The notes below the pieces were generated by a model, which was not told where the DNA came from, did no database searches, and saw only the letters and a program-made list of their open reading frames with translations. A program made the position numbers and the translations under genes. Below, in pieces: positions 48,001-48,184 of a stretch of DNA of 48,184 nucleotides. Origin of the DNA: Vicinamibacterales bacterium (GTDB taxonomy: Bacteria > Acidobacteriota > Vicinamibacteria > Vicinamibacterales > 2-12-FULL-66-21); NCBI GenBank assembly GCA_035700625.1, contig DASSOM010000190.1, positions 1 to 48,184 on the forward strand, given 5' to 3'. Each line of letters begins with the position of its first letter. Position 1 is the first letter of the stretch.

Positions 48001-48184
48001 GCTCGTCCAGGTGCCGAAGGACCGGTGGCGAGGCGAGCCCGGCATGCGGCTGCCTCCACCGCGCCTGTCGTCGAAGTTGCTGCACGAGACGCTGCTGGAG
48101 CGGCTTCGCGTGTACGACCGCACGGCCGAAGCGGAGATGCTCGAAGACGCCTATCAGCGCGTGGACCGCCGGTCGTACACGCTC
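45050..48184 (+). CDS. Large fusion protein (over 1045 aa, 3' end off the window): TerB-like N-domain, beta-rich FHA-like modules, ABCG-type ATPase, ABC-2 type permease and a C-terminal extension
   Basis: Absent from the ORF track because no stop lies in the window. My plus-strand translation from ATG 45050 is stop-free to 48184 (1045 codons).
- N-terminus: MPPDLSTKLVSLAQLMAYAAEADGRVTPEELSTLHEFL (TerB/DjlA-N-like).
- FHA-like strand pattern: VRLNGEPVDSGVVLLPADVLHFGSGEVRV.
- Walker A: GIMGGSGAGKSTLL (~46378).
- ABC signature: LSGGQRKRLNIG (~46696).
- Walker B: LFFLDEPTSGL.
- ABCG-type motif: VIHQPSSDIY.
- Hydrophobic ABC-2 membrane segments span about 47270-47870. Confidence 0.85.
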   Translation, partial: MPPDLSTKLVSLAQLMAYAAEADGRVTPEELSTLHEFLGRQYSGTARSEFFDLFRQALRNRPDIERIVQAIHEGLPDYLERLDVYATIQTLLAATGMTPEESYGLGKVASLLDIEPADADLLANVTAPVPEFRYPSNRERLLRIGADVPDGFAAARDLRVTALSLAGTFALASERVELFVDGVGHPPGDIVFLRPGDQVWTSGTSIGFADVSRLFDLAKKRVIHVCRLAVDGARLIAVGETGACAFELRIQDTGLLFVRRDGKAPVRLNGEPVDSGVVLLPADVLHFGSGEVRVSQILDSLDRAAWPLTESAEASFKYVISDRPGVAASVVADVGGPVSITIAESGDSAAPLTVACDECQTDVPVSLADAPVVPGTLVPLSSNAVLRIGHHWFAIDPHTLKVEYSKRVVERFEARDVRYRFRNAVGLDGISLTARSGELVGIMGGSGAGKSTLLGVLLGILEPHEGAVLLNGEDLRGQLRRCRSILGYVPQDDLVMDSLTVEENLLYAGRIRLPGLPDAELQQRVARVLRDIGLFERRHLRVGNPVEKVLSGGQRKRLNIGIELLADPELFFLDEPTSGLSSQDSTTIMGLLRQLTHRGKLVFVVIHQPSSDIYKMFDQVLILDTGGVLVWYGPARDAVGHFKAFLPHHRDFVECPACGSINPETILNAIEQPPSVLRTPADAPTRKFDPQFWRNAYVLRQRTEPAEAGPPLLLPRAPSAGLRGNVRALRASIARAFVDRARNRTNIVMSVAAPLLLALVMAAMLRGPDEPYTYSGNTALGKFFFLSTIVFVFFGLMGSVNEVIREVALIRRERVAGFKPRQYIAAKTVAFLPFALLQVGIYTVIASLVLQFPYRAPGYSPVQPVVPFPWYFALVLFLTGQAAFALGLLLSSCLRTQAAAFNWIPLVIVPQILLGGVFVQFSEMPTLVNRVVPEYAELAFSRWGYEALLAGEKNFNPSDHFNADAILALQASHLARGERFDMNALVQVPKDRWRGEPGMRLPPPRLSSKLLHETLLERLRVYDRTAEAEMLEDAYQRVDRRSYTL

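Noticed and set aside
44807-48085. Minus-strand ORFs 44807..46441 (544 aa) and 46649..48085 (478 aa), the only long ORFs the track offers for this region.
   Set aside because: Both give low-complexity Arg-rich translations. The plus strand is continuously open from 45050 to the window end and carries Walker A and B, the ABC signature and membrane segments. The real gene is therefore on the plus strand.

Overview
This is a very GC-rich 48.2-kb chromosomal window, most likely from an Acidobacteriota genome. The taxon call rests on a PadR regulator paired with a duplicated orphan FtsX-type permease (ADOP) and on an acidobacterial-type VWFA protein. All calls come from reading the translations and the DNA by eye; no database search was run. 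I support about 36 protein genes and found no rRNA, tRNA, CRISPR array, transposase or integrase.

Gene content falls into four groups:
- Housekeeping metabolism: serC, serA plus a DUF1015 gene, malQ, an aminotransferase, ggt, cstA and an ornithine cyclodeaminase.
- Many secreted metallopeptidases: M23, M28, M20, two M16 and M48.
- A dense phospho-threonine and cyclic-nucleotide signalling set: one active Ser/Thr kinase, one PEGA pseudokinase, two class III cyclases (FHA-GAF and CHASE2), and an MscS channel with a cNMP-binding domain.
- A large multidomain ABCG-type transporter with a TerB-like N-terminus.

Two real genes are missing from the supplied ORF track because they run off the window. 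One is a fatty-acid desaturase fragment at 1-386 (minus strand). The other is the TerB-like/ABC fusion at 45050-48184 (plus strand), which the track shows only as antisense shadow ORFs. Many long ORFs in the track are high-GC shadow frames.

The observations most worth following up are:
1. A CHASE2-cyclase / M48 protease / cNMP-gated MscS operon, divergent from the TerB-like ABC transporter.
2. A Ser/Thr kinase and an FHA-GAF-cyclase separated by only a single in-frame TGA.
3. A pseudokinase-PEGA / TPR-TonB_C / HTH-TolB-propeller operon.
4. An unusual intergenic repeat landscape. It includes hairpin (REP-like) arrays nested as perfect inverted repeats around the M23 gene, a dispersed element about 80-170 bp long built from GGGATNN heptads (four copies), other tracts with 7-nt periodicity, and a 31/62-nt tandem array upstream of the PadR-ADOP pair.
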